Position numbers and translations under genes: made by a program. A model generated the notes under the pieces. It saw nothing but the letters and a program-made list of their open reading frames with translations, made no database searches and was not told the DNA's origin. From Colwellia sp. (lineage in GTDB: Bacteria > Pseudomonadota > Gammaproteobacteria > Enterobacterales > Alteromonadaceae), in NCBI GenBank assembly GCA_049607625.1, contig JBMYWR010000003.1:1654-65653 (forward strand): a stretch of 64,000 nt of DNA, in the 5' to 3' direction. Below are positions 14,018 through 23,518 of this stretch, one piece after another (within the stretch, counting starts at the first letter, position 1; each line of letters opens with the position of its first letter).

Positions 14018-15268
14018 ATGACAAATAAAGTTTTAGTTCCAAGTACCGGTGAAAAAATTACAATAACTAACGGTAAGTTATTAGTTCCAAATAATCCTAT
14101 TATCCCTTTTATCGAAGGAGATGGTATTGGTATTGATGTAACCCCCCCGATGATTAAAGTCGTTAATGCGGCGGTTAAAAAAGCCTACAAAGGCGTAAAA
14201 AAAATTGCCTGGATGGAAGTTTATGCTGGTGAAAAGGCAACCCAAGTTTACGACTCTGAAACTTGGTTACCAGAAGAAACTTTAGACATGCTTAAAGAAT
14301 ACAAAGTAGGTATTAAAGGTCCTTTAACGACTCCAGTTGGCGGTGGAATGCGCTCGCTTAATGTTGCTATTCGTCAATTACTTGATTTATACGTATGTCA
14401 AAGACCTGTGCAATGGTTTACAGGAGTTCCGAGCCCAGTAAAAAAACCTTATGAAGTTGATATGGTTATCTTCAGAGAAAACACTGAAGATATATATGCG
14501 GGTATCGAATACAAAGCCGGTAGTCCAGATGCTGAAAAGCTAATTGCTTTTTTAACTGAAGAAATGGGTGTCACTAAAATTCGCTTTAAAGACAACTGTG
14601 GTTTAGGTATTAAACCTGTATCTAAAGAAGGGACACAACGCTTAGTAAGACAAGCCATTCAATATGCGATTGATAACAACCGTGATTCAGTTACCTTGGT
14701 ACATAAAGGTAATATCATGAAGTATACAGAAGGTGCATTTAAAGACTGGGGCTATGAGCTGGCCATGGAAGAATTTGGCGCTCAGTTAATAGATTATGGC
14801 CCTTGGTGTCGTATCACTAACCCTAAAACGGGTAAAGAAATTGTCATTAAAGATGTTATAGCTGATGCTATGCTTCAACAAGTTTTACTTAGACCAGCCG
14901 AATATAGTGTAATAGCAACATTAAACTTAAACGGTGACTACCTATCTGACGCTTTAGCTGCACAAGTGGGTGGTATTGGCATTGCCCCAGGCGCTAACTT
15001 AAATGATGAAATAGGCATTTTTGAAGCAACTCATGGTACAGCACCTAAATATGCAGGTAAGAATAAAGTTAACCCCGGCTCTGTTATTTTATCTGCGGAA
15101 ATGATGTTAAGACATATGGGCTGGGTTGAAGCTGCTGATCTTTTATTAAAAGGCATGTCTGGTGCAATAGGTGCTAAAACAGTAACTTATGATTTTGAAA
15201 GATTAATGGATGATGCTACTTTGGTCACTTGTTCACAATTTGGTGATTGCATCATCGAGCATATGTAG
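14018..15268 (+). CDS. icd: Dimeric NADP-dependent isocitrate dehydrogenase (E. coli type)
   Basis: [42 protein letters not shown]. Confidence 0.97.
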   Translation: MTNKVLVPSTGEKITITNGKLLVPNNPIIPFIEGDGIGIDVTPPMIKVVNAAVKKAYKGVKKIAWMEVYAGEKATQVYDSETWLPEETLDMLKEYKVGIKGPLTTPVGGGMRSLNVAIRQLLDLYVCQRPVQWFTGVPSPVKKPYEVDMVIFRENTEDIYAGIEYKAGSPDAEKLIAFLTEEMGVTKIRFKDNCGLGIKPVSKEGTQRLVRQAIQYAIDNNRDSVTLVHKGNIMKYTEGAFKDWGYELAMEEFGAQLIDYGPWCRITNPKTGKEIVIKDVIADAMLQQVLLRPAEYSVIATLNLNGDYLSDALAAQVGGIGIAPGANLNDEIGIFEATHGTAPKYAGKNKVNPGSVILSAEMMLRHMGWVEAADLLLKGMSGAIGAKTVTYDFERLMDDATLVTCSQFGDCIIEHM

Positions 15269-15278
15269 AATAATATTT

Positions 15279-15326
15279 AACCTGAGCCCAGTATAGTGAT
15301 AACTTATATTAAGCCGAGTTCAGGTT
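15279..15326. repeat. Dispersed short repeat, copy 1 (imperfect inverted pair)
   Basis: AACCTGAGCCCAG ... TTAAGCCGAGTTCAGGTT; the right arm recurs at 19019 and 48485. Confidence 0.6.
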
Positions 15327-15390
15327 CTTTATTTATATATTTTTACTAATACCTTAGTGCAAAAATATTCTTTGCTTGCAAAGCACCCAT

Positions 15391-15419
15391 AAAAAAACAC
15401 AGCAATTGCTGTGTTTTTT
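15391..15419. terminator. Bidirectional terminator icd/cspD
   Basis: Perfect palindrome AAAAAACACAGCAATTGCTGTGTTTTTT between convergent genes. Confidence 0.85.
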
Positions 15420-15516
15420 AATCCCAATCTTAAATATTTTTCATGTTTAACAATTAATTTATGGCTAACAATTTACTCTTACTTTTTCTTAGGTGTAAAT
15501 GTTATGCATATTTAAG

Positions 15517-15738
15517 TTATTCTTCTATTACTTCGTTCGTTGGCTTTATACTAGCCGCATGATGACCTTTCGGTCCATCGTTAAGCTCGTAATCGACATC
15601 TTGTCCAGCCTTTAATGTACGATATCCATCCATCTCAATCGTAGAATAATGTGCAAAAATGTCTTCACCGCCACTATCTGGACGAATAAAACCAAAACCT
15701 TTTGCATTGTTAAACCATTTAACTGTACCGTGAGCCAT
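15517..15738 (-). CDS. cspD: Cold-shock-like protein CspD
   Basis: GTVKWFNNAKGFGFI, FAHYSTIEMDGYRTLKAGQ; divergent from clpS. Confidence 0.95.
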   Translation of the reverse strand: MAHGTVKWFNNAKGFGFIRPDSGGEDIFAHYSTIEMDGYRTLKAGQDVDYELNDGPKGHHAASIKPTNEVIEE

Positions 15739-15990
15739 ACTTCTACTCCCTTTTGTATCCTTTAGTATTTAATTAAGCAAACTAAAACATATTTAGCCTT
15801 AACATCGTTGTAAAGGCGTTGTATGCTGTAAGTTAACTTACACGAACAAGTGATTAAAAAACTATCACTTTTAAAATCGTAATGTATATATATAATAAGT
15901 CAAGCAAAAACAGCTAATTAATTTAATTTTATTTTTATTTTTTTATAAATTAGGTTAAGCAAAATTAAAACTAGGGTCTAAAATAAAGAT

Positions 15991-16311
15991 ATGAGCAACT
16001 GGAAAGAATCAACATATACTGAAAGCGATGTTGAAGAACAAATTGAAGATAGGATAGAAGAGCCCGCTAAGTATAATGTATTTTTATTAAATGATGATTA
16101 TACGCCAATGGATTTTGTTATCGATGTTTTATGTCGATACTTTAATATGAATACAGAGCAAGCAACCGATATTATGTTCACTATTCATTATAAAGATAAA
16201 GGATTATGCGGTACTTTTTCATTTGATGTGGCTGAGTCTAAAGTTGATCAAGTATTACGTTATGCACAAGAAAATGAACATCCACTTAAATGTGTACTTG
16301 AAAAAGCATAA
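15991..16311 (+). CDS. clpS: Clp protease adaptor ClpS
   Basis: [17 protein letters not shown]. Confidence 0.96.
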   Translation: MSNWKESTYTESDVEEQIEDRIEEPAKYNVFLLNDDYTPMDFVIDVLCRYFNMNTEQATDIMFTIHYKDKGLCGTFSFDVAESKVDQVLRYAQENEHPLKCVLEKA

Positions 16312-16367
16312 ATGGTAACAATATAAATTATATAACATGAAATAATTCATTTTTATTAGGAGTAAAT

Positions 16368-18626
16368 ATGCTAAATAAAGATCTGGAAGTCTCGCTTAAT
16401 TCAGCCTTTCAACAAGCTAAGAAGTCTAGGCATGAGTTTATGACTGTCGAGCATCTTCTCCTTGCGCTTTTAGATAACCCTTCTGCAATTGAAGCATTAG
16501 AAGCCTGTACTGCAAATTTACAAATTTTAAGAAAAAAGATTTTAGACTTTATTAATGAAACAACGCCGATGATCCCCATTTCAGAGGAAGATCGTGAAAC
16601 GCAACCCACTTTAGGGTTTCAACGTGTTTTGCAAAGGGCGGTATTTCATGTGCAATCTTCAGGTAAAAGTGAGGTTAATGGCTCGAACGTCCTCGTTGCA
16701 ATTTTCAGTGAACAAGAATCACAAGCGGCTTATATTTTGAAAAAAGAAAATATTACTCGTTTAGATATTGTTAACTTTATTTCTCATGGTATAGGAAAGA
16801 CTGAAAAAGAAGAAAATATCCAAACAGAGAACTTTGGCGAACAACAAACTGAAGAGCCTAGAGTCATTGAGAACTTTTCAGTTAATTTAAATGAAGAAGC
16901 CGCTAAAGGTAATATTGACCCACTAATTGGCAGAGATACAGAGTTAGAAAGAACACTTCAAGTGTTAAGTAGACGTCGTAAAAACAACCCTTTATTTGTA
17001 GGCGAAGCCGGTGTAGGTAAAACAGCTATTGCTGAAGGTTTAGCTAATATGATTGTTGAGCAAAAAGCACCTGAATTTCTTGCTAATGCAACCATTTACT
17101 CTTTAGATATGGGCGCATTGTTAGCGGGGACAAAATATAGAGGTGACTTTGAAAAACGCTTTAAATCTTTATTAAAAGAGCTCGAAACAGATACCAACGC
17201 GATACTCTTTATTGATGAAATTCATACCATTATTGGCGCAGGGGCTGCTTCTGGTGGCATGATGGACGCTTCTAACTTGATTAAACCTTTATTGTCAGCT
17301 GGTAAATTAAGATGTTTAGGTTCGACAACCTATCAAGAGTATCAAAGCATCTTCGAAAAAGACCGAGCTTTAGCAAGACGTTTTCAAAAAATAGATATTG
17401 TTGAGCCTAGCGTGGATGACACGACTAAGATATTACAAGGTCTTAAAGATAAGTATGAGCATCATCATGGTATACGTTATACCAATGCGGCGTTAAGAGC
17501 TGCGGCGCAACTTTCAGCTAAATATATTAATGAACGGTTCTTACCCGATAAAGCTATCGATGTTATTGATGAAGCAGGCGCGAAACAACAGTTAGTAACG
17601 GTTTCAAAGCGCAAGAAAACAATTAATAACCATGATATTGAAAGCGTTATCGCTAAAATGGCTCGAATTCCAGAAAAGTCTGTTAGCTCAAATGAGAAAA
17701 ATAGCTTAAAGAATTTAGATCGAAACTTAAAGTTAGTTGTTTTTGGGCAAGATAAAGCTATCGATGAACTCACGTCTGTGATGCGTTTATCAAGAGCAGG
17801 CTTAGGTAATGAAGATAAACCTATTGGCTCTTTCTTGTTTGCTGGTCCAACAGGTGTGGGAAAAACAGAAATAACCCAACAATTAGCGAAAAACTTAGGT
17901 GTGGAGTTGTTACGTTTTGATATGTCTGAATACATGGAAAAACATGCGGTCAGTCGCTTAATTGGTGCACCACCAGGTTATGTTGGTTACGAGCAGGGCG
18001 GATTATTAACTGATGCCGTGTTAAAACACCCTCATGCGGTTGTGCTTTTAGATGAAATAGAGAAAGCTCATGAAGATGTTTACAATATTTTATTACAAGT
18101 AATGGATCACGGTACCTTAACCGATAACAATGGCCGTAAAGCCGATTTTAGAAATATTATTCTGGTTATGACGACGAATGCGGGTGTTCAAGAAACGGTT
18201 AAGAAATCTATCGGCTTTAAGCAGCAAGATCACACTGCTGATGCAATGAAAGAGATCAATAATGTGTTTTCACCCGAGTTTAGAAACCGCTTAGATAATA
18301 CAGTATGGTTTGATCACTTAAATGAAGAAGTCATCGCCCAAATTGTTGATAAGTTTATCGTTGAGCTTCAAGCTAAACTAGATGAAAAACGTGTATGTCT
18401 CGAAGTCAGTAAAGATGCAAGAAAATGGCTTGCAGAAAATGGCTACGATAAGTCGATGGGCGCAAGACCTATGGCACGTTTAATTCAAGAAGAGCTTAAG
18501 AAGAAATTGGCCAATGAACTGCTCTTTGGCGAACTTACTCAAGGTGGCGTAGCGAAAGTAGGCGTTCGAAAAACTAAACTGGTTATTCAATATGAAAGTA
18601 AAAAAGAGGTTGCTGCAGTCAAGTAA
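16368..18626 (+). CDS. clpA: ATP-dependent Clp protease ATP-binding subunit ClpA
   Basis: Two AAA modules ([16 protein letters not shown]), IGF loop, follows clpS. Confidence 0.97.
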   Translation: MLNKDLEVSLNSAFQQAKKSRHEFMTVEHLLLALLDNPSAIEALEACTANLQILRKKILDFINETTPMIPISEEDRETQPTLGFQRVLQRAVFHVQSSGKSEVNGSNVLVAIFSEQESQAAYILKKENITRLDIVNFISHGIGKTEKEENIQTENFGEQQTEEPRVIENFSVNLNEEAAKGNIDPLIGRDTELERTLQVLSRRRKNNPLFVGEAGVGKTAIAEGLANMIVEQKAPEFLANATIYSLDMGALLAGTKYRGDFEKRFKSLLKELETDTNAILFIDEIHTIIGAGAASGGMMDASNLIKPLLSAGKLRCLGSTTYQEYQSIFEKDRALARRFQKIDIVEPSVDDTTKILQGLKDKYEHHHGIRYTNAALRAAAQLSAKYINERFLPDKAIDVIDEAGAKQQLVTVSKRKKTINNHDIESVIAKMARIPEKSVSSNEKNSLKNLDRNLKLVVFGQDKAIDELTSVMRLSRAGLGNEDKPIGSFLFAGPTGVGKTEITQQLAKNLGVELLRFDMSEYMEKHAVSRLIGAPPGYVGYEQGGLLTDAVLKHPHAVVLLDEIEKAHEDVYNILLQVMDHGTLTDNNGRKADFRNIILVMTTNAGVQETVKKSIGFKQQDHTADAMKEINNVFSPEFRNRLDNTVWFDHLNEEVIAQIVDKFIVELQAKLDEKRVCLEVSKDARKWLAENGYDKSMGARPMARLIQEELKKKLANELLFGELTQGGVAKVGVRKTKLVIQYESKKEVAAVK

Positions 18627-18685
18627 TTAAAACACGGTTTCAAAAATACTTATCTAAACGCTATTTTTTACGATTAAATAATCTT

Positions 18686-18725
18686 AAAAGCTTAATCCAA
18701 CTAAACCTGGGTTAAGCTTTTTTTT
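18686..18725 (+). terminator. Terminator after clpA
   Basis: AAAAGCTTAATCCA...TGGGTTAAGCTTTTTTTT. Confidence 0.8.
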
Positions 18726-18744
18726 GCCCTTAAATATATACAGC

Positions 18745-18958
18745 TAATACCAATGGCATTAAATATGTGATCTTCTTTATACGTAGAGAAAATCATCAAA
18801 TACAAGGCATTTTTTTAAGTAACTAGTTGTTCAGGACAATAAGCTCCTGCATTGTCTAATAAGGTGCATCCATGCACCGTTAATTATTAAATAACAAACG
18901 AAGTAGTTGCTGGTTTTAACAAGTAGAAATGATCACATATTAACTGACATTGGTATTA
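18745..18958. mobile_element. Non-autonomous MITE (IS630/ERIC-like), ~214 bp, with a nested GC-richer cassette
   Basis: Inverted repeat 18743-18772 vs 18931-18960 matches 27/30; ends TA...TA; reconstructed empty site GC-TA-GC contains CTAG; no ORF. Confidence 0.75.
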
Positions 18959-19018
18959 GCCTATTGCAAATGAATTTAACACAGAAACTAGGAAAAATAG
19001 CTGCTAGAGAAGTATATG

Positions 19019-19036
19019 TTAAGCCGAATTCAGGTT
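19019..19036. repeat. Dispersed short repeat, copy 2
   Basis: TTAAGCCGAATTCAGGTT, 17/18 identical to 15309-15326. Confidence 0.6.
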
Positions 19037-19124
19037 GATTACTTTAATGTCTACACTTTATCGGTATAATAAAACCTTCATATTTGCGAGCTAGCTCAAT
19101 AATTTCTTCTTTGTTAGGAATAAA

Positions 19125-20252
19125 ATGAAGTTTATACATACCTCTGATTGGCATATAGGCCGACAATTCCATCACGTCTCTTTGTTAAAAGATCAACAAC
19201 ACGTAATATCACAACTTGTCGAGTATATACAACAAGAAGAAGTTGATGCACTCGTAATCGCAGGGGATATCTATGACCGTTCATTACCTCCGGCCAAAGC
19301 AGTATCATTGCTTGATGAAACCTTTAACAAAATTTGTATTGACCTTAATGTGCCCATTATTCTCATTCCGGGCAATCATGATAGCGCAGAAAGGTTAAGA
19401 TTTGGCTCCAAACATATGCAATCTGCAGGGTTACATATTTTAGGTGATTTAACCAAAATAACAGAGCCAGTAATTATTAAAGGAAAAAATCATGATGTTG
19501 CTTTTTATGGCATTCCTTATAACGATCCGCAAACAGTAAAGCATACCTTCGATGTTGATGTAAGTTCATACGACGAAGCTCATAGCTATCTAGTTAATTG
19601 CGTGAGTAGTGCAAAGTCATCAGAGCAAATCAATGTGCTTATTAGCCACTGTTACATAGATGGTGCTACTGAGTCAGACTCTGAAAGGCCTTTACAGATA
19701 GGAGGAGAGGATAGGGTAAGCTTTGAGCCTTGTTTGCCCTTTGATTATGTTGCCTTAGGGCATTTGCACAGTCCGCAGTACAAAGGGGCAGAGCATATTC
19801 GTTATTGCGGTTCATTGATGAAGTATAGCTTCTCAGAGCGTAATCAAAAAAAAGGGGTTACGTTAGTTGAGTTTGACGAAAAGGGTGTGATGCAGCATAA
19901 ACACCTTGAATTAAAGCCGCTGAAAGATTTACGGGTTATTAGTGGTGAATTAAATTCAATTTTAGAAGAAGGTAAACTAGATCCAAACTCAAACGATTAC
20001 TTGCTAATTAAACTTGAAGACACACACGCCATTCTTGACCCTATGGGGAAATTAAGAAATATTTATCCGAATGTATTGCACTTGGAAAAAACAGTTTTAT
20101 CTTCCCAAATTGATAACCCGTTAAAACGAGATAGTTTAAATCGCGGAGAATATGCGATGTTTAAAGATTTTTTTCAGCAAGTGACCGGTGAAGAAATGAC
20201 CAATAACCAAGATGAAATAATAACTCAACTACTTAACACGCTGAAGAAATAA
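19125..20252 (+). CDS. sbcD: Exonuclease SbcCD subunit D
   Basis: HTSDWHIG, AGDIYD, GNHD, ALGHLH metallophosphoesterase motifs. Confidence 0.95.
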   Translation: MKFIHTSDWHIGRQFHHVSLLKDQQHVISQLVEYIQQEEVDALVIAGDIYDRSLPPAKAVSLLDETFNKICIDLNVPIILIPGNHDSAERLRFGSKHMQSAGLHILGDLTKITEPVIIKGKNHDVAFYGIPYNDPQTVKHTFDVDVSSYDEAHSYLVNCVSSAKSSEQINVLISHCYIDGATESDSERPLQIGGEDRVSFEPCLPFDYVALGHLHSPQYKGAEHIRYCGSLMKYSFSERNQKKGVTLVEFDEKGVMQHKHLELKPLKDLRVISGELNSILEEGKLDPNSNDYLLIKLEDTHAILDPMGKLRNIYPNVLHLEKTVLSSQIDNPLKRDSLNRGEYAMFKDFFQQVTGEEMTNNQDEIITQLLNTLKK

Positions 20253-20258
20253 ACCAAT

Positions 20259-23200
20259 ATGAAACCACGCTATTTATCAATACAGGCTTTTGGACCATTT
20301 GCAGCGAAAGAAGACATCGATTTTAATAAACTCGGCTCACACCCGTTGTTTTTGATTAATGGACCTACAGGTGCTGGTAAGAGTTCAATTCTTGATGCTA
20401 TATGTTTTGCCTTATATGGGCAAACAACAGGCTCAGAGCGCTCAGCAAGCCAAATGCGCTGTGATCACGGTGATGGTAATTTGATCACGAAAGTGACATT
20501 AGAATTTACCATTGCTAATCGCCGATACAAAATCATGCGAATACCGACACAAGAGCGTATAAAGAAGCATGGAGAAGGAACAACACTTCAACAAGCAGAA
20601 GCTACGCTGTGGGAGTTAAATAGTGCAGGGGAAGAAACATTATTAGTCCCTAAAAAGGTCTCTGAGGCCGATAAAGAAATAAAAGAGTTGCTTGGTTTAA
20701 GCGTTGAACAATTTAGACAAGTCATGGTGTTACCACAAGGAAAGTTTCGAGAGTTATTATTAGCGGACTCAAAAGATAGAGAAAAAATTTTTAGTCAGTT
20801 ATTTCAAACTTCGATCTATAAAAAAATAGAAGAAAAATTGAAAGTTGAAGCTTCACAAATAAAAAAAGAAGTAGAGCAGCACAAACATCAAGTTCTTGGA
20901 ATTATTAAAGGGGCAGGGTTAGAAAAAGAAGAAGACTTAGATGATGAGCTGAAAGATATTTCTCCTAAACGCTTATTAGCACAAGACAAAAAAATAACAG
21001 AAGAAAAACGACTTCGCGACAAAGAGAAAGCACTTGAAGTCGCTAATACCGTTGCCAAACAATTTTCTACTTTGTTAAGTAAAAAACAGCTACTGAAAGA
21101 GCAAAAACAATTTGCCGCTGAAATGAATGTTGAAGAGCACAAACTCAAGCTTTCTTTAAAAGCCAACAAAATTAAACATGTTTTTGATAATAAAAATAAC
21201 GTAGCGGCTAAATGCTCATTACTTCAAAAACAATACAGTGTTTGTGTAGATAGCCTTAATGAACTTAATCTACACCTTAACAAGTCTTTAATCGCATTTG
21301 AAAAAGCCGATAAAGCTTACACTGAAGTCGACAAATTAAAGGAAAGAATAAGCCAATTAACACAATTTAACGAACTCTTAAAAAGCTTAGAGCAAGCGAA
21401 GAAAGCGTTACTGTTAGCTGAAAATAACCAGCAACATGGTCAGCAGTTATTACATAAGGCTCAAGTGGATATTGAGCAAGATAAATTAACGTTAAAGGGT
21501 TATGAAAAAGATACTACAAAACTTCTGAATGTCATCGAACAGCTTGCTGATAACAAATCTATTTTAGAGCAAACAAGTCTTCAACTTGGTAAACGATCTC
21601 AACTAGAGGAGCTTTACAAAGAAAATCGAAGCTTAGTTAGTCAAAATGGACGATTACGAGATGTTGTAGAGCAGAAGAAGGAATCTTTTAGTGATATTCA
21701 ACGTCAAGTTAAGCAAGTCGAATTTGACTGGCATGGTTCACAAGCTAGTTTATTAGCAACAGCTTTAAGTAAAGACAACCCTTGTCCTGTATGTGGAAGT
21801 TTAAATCATCCCAACCCAGCAAGTAGCCTGGATGGGGAGAAATTAATATCTAAAGAAGATGTCGATGTTGTAAGGGAGCTGGAAAGAAAGTCTAAACTCG
21901 ACTTAGATAAATCAAATTTAGAATACGATATTTCATTGGATAAAATTAGTGTTAATAAAAAACAGTCAGAGTTACTGGCAACAGAGTTAGGCCAAATAGC
22001 TAAAGAGCCTATAGAGCAACTCACTAATAAAAAAAATAATTTGAAAATAAAGGTTGAAGAATTAGTTTTAACAAAAGAAAAGCTAGCAAAATCTATTGAG
22101 CAAGCTGAAAAGCTTAAAAACGATCTTGCAGAAAAATTAGTAACAGAGCAAAAATTTAATGAAGCAGCTCAAAAAGATAATGAAACGGTTATTTCACAAA
22201 AAGCGACTTTAGCTCAAATTAATAGCCAAGTTCCTATGCCTTATAGGGAAGAAGGGGTGTTAGACAGTGAATTTAACCAGATTACCAAGCAAGTATCGCT
22301 TTTAACAAATGCGTTAGAGTCTGCGCGTTCTAACTTGAGCAAAGTGAAATCTGATTTAGATAAAGCAGACTCAAATAAAGACGCATTAGAAACGCAATTG
22401 GAAAGTGAAAATCAAGCGTTAAGCCTTGCAGAAAAAGCATGGTTTACAGCATTAAGTGAAAGCCAATTTACTAACGAAGCAATGTTTGAAGCATCTAGAT
22501 TAGATGAAAATACACAAAGTGAAATAGAACAAAAACTAGCGCGCTATAAATTAGGTGTAGAAAATTTAATAGCGGTTGTAGCTCAATTAGAACTTGATCT
22601 TAGTGACCAGAGTCAGCCAAACTTAATTGAACTTGAGCAGAGTCTTTTAGAACAACATGACCTATATGAACAAGTTGAAAAATCATGGCGTGCGTTAGAT
22701 GATAGAGCTAACCAATTGATTATAGTACAAAGTATTTTAACTAAGGTTCACAAAAAAAATGAGTCACTTGAAAGAAAATACAACACTATTGGAACACTCT
22801 ATGAAGTGTCTAACGGTTTAACAGGCAACAAAATCAGTTTACAACGATTTGTGCTCAGCGTTTTACTCGATGATGTCTTAGTACAAGCCTCTGTAAGGCT
22901 TTCTATTATGAGTAAAGGCAGATACCAGCTTGTTCGTAAAAGCGATAAAGCAAAAGGCAATAAAGCGTCAGGATTAGAGCTTGAAGTGGACGATGCCTAT
23001 ACAGGAAAAATAAGATCCGTAGCGACGCTTTCAGGGGGAGAATCATTTCTCGCAGCGCTTTCTTTAGCGCTTGGGGTGTCTGATGTAGTGCAATCTTATT
23101 CAGGCGGAATCAAGTTAGAAACGTTATTTATAGATGAAGGTTTTGGTAGTTTAGATCCCGATGCATTAGAGCTCGCCATTCGAGCCTTAATAGACTTACA

Positions 23201-23318
23201 ATCAACGGGGCGGATGATTGGTATTATTTCACATGTAAGTGAGTTAAAAGAACAAATGGCATTAAGAATTGATGTCAAAAGAGGCAAGGTTGGTAGCGAA
23301 ATATCAATTAGGCAATAA
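20259..23318 (+). CDS. sbcC: Exonuclease SbcCD subunit C (SMC-like ATPase)
   Basis: Walker A GPTGAGKS, CPVCGS zinc hook, LSGGE, LFIDEGFG, long coiled coil. Confidence 0.95.
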   Translation: MKPRYLSIQAFGPFAAKEDIDFNKLGSHPLFLINGPTGAGKSSILDAICFALYGQTTGSERSASQMRCDHGDGNLITKVTLEFTIANRRYKIMRIPTQERIKKHGEGTTLQQAEATLWELNSAGEETLLVPKKVSEADKEIKELLGLSVEQFRQVMVLPQGKFRELLLADSKDREKIFSQLFQTSIYKKIEEKLKVEASQIKKEVEQHKHQVLGIIKGAGLEKEEDLDDELKDISPKRLLAQDKKITEEKRLRDKEKALEVANTVAKQFSTLLSKKQLLKEQKQFAAEMNVEEHKLKLSLKANKIKHVFDNKNNVAAKCSLLQKQYSVCVDSLNELNLHLNKSLIAFEKADKAYTEVDKLKERISQLTQFNELLKSLEQAKKALLLAENNQQHGQQLLHKAQVDIEQDKLTLKGYEKDTTKLLNVIEQLADNKSILEQTSLQLGKRSQLEELYKENRSLVSQNGRLRDVVEQKKESFSDIQRQVKQVEFDWHGSQASLLATALSKDNPCPVCGSLNHPNPASSLDGEKLISKEDVDVVRELERKSKLDLDKSNLEYDISLDKISVNKKQSELLATELGQIAKEPIEQLTNKKNNLKIKVEELVLTKEKLAKSIEQAEKLKNDLAEKLVTEQKFNEAAQKDNETVISQKATLAQINSQVPMPYREEGVLDSEFNQITKQVSLLTNALESARSNLSKVKSDLDKADSNKDALETQLESENQALSLAEKAWFTALSESQFTNEAMFEASRLDENTQSEIEQKLARYKLGVENLIAVVAQLELDLSDQSQPNLIELEQSLLEQHDLYEQVEKSWRALDDRANQLIIVQSILTKVHKKNESLERKYNTIGTLYEVSNGLTGNKISLQRFVLSVLLDDVLVQASVRLSIMSKGRYQLVRKSDKAKGNKASGLELEVDDAYTGKIRSVATLSGGESFLAALSLALGVSDVVQSYSGGIKLETLFIDEGFGSLDPDALELAIRALIDLQSTGRMIGIISHVSELKEQMALRIDVKRGKVGSEISIRQ

Positions 23319-23422
23319 TAGTTAACACGACATGGAAGCCGGTTATCAGACAATACGACGGTACAGGAAGTACCTTATTAAAACTCATCGCTGTAAAATT
23401 CATCGCTGTAAAAGTAAAGCGC

Positions 23423-23465
23423 ATAAAAAAAGTGATAGCTTCATAAGAAACTATCACTTTTTTAT
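23423..23465. terminator. Bidirectional terminator sbcC/rne
   Basis: AAAAAAAGTGATAG...CTATCACTTTTTT. Confidence 0.85.
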
Positions 23466-23518
23466 GGAAACATAACAGACGATTATTATTTCTCGTCTGT
23501 TAGACATTTTTACTAAGC

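Noticed and set aside
19125-23318. SMC-like ATPase plus nuclease as a defence system (Wadjet/Lamassu)
   Set aside because: Canonical SbcD/SbcC motifs, including the CxxC hook, with no accessory defence genes
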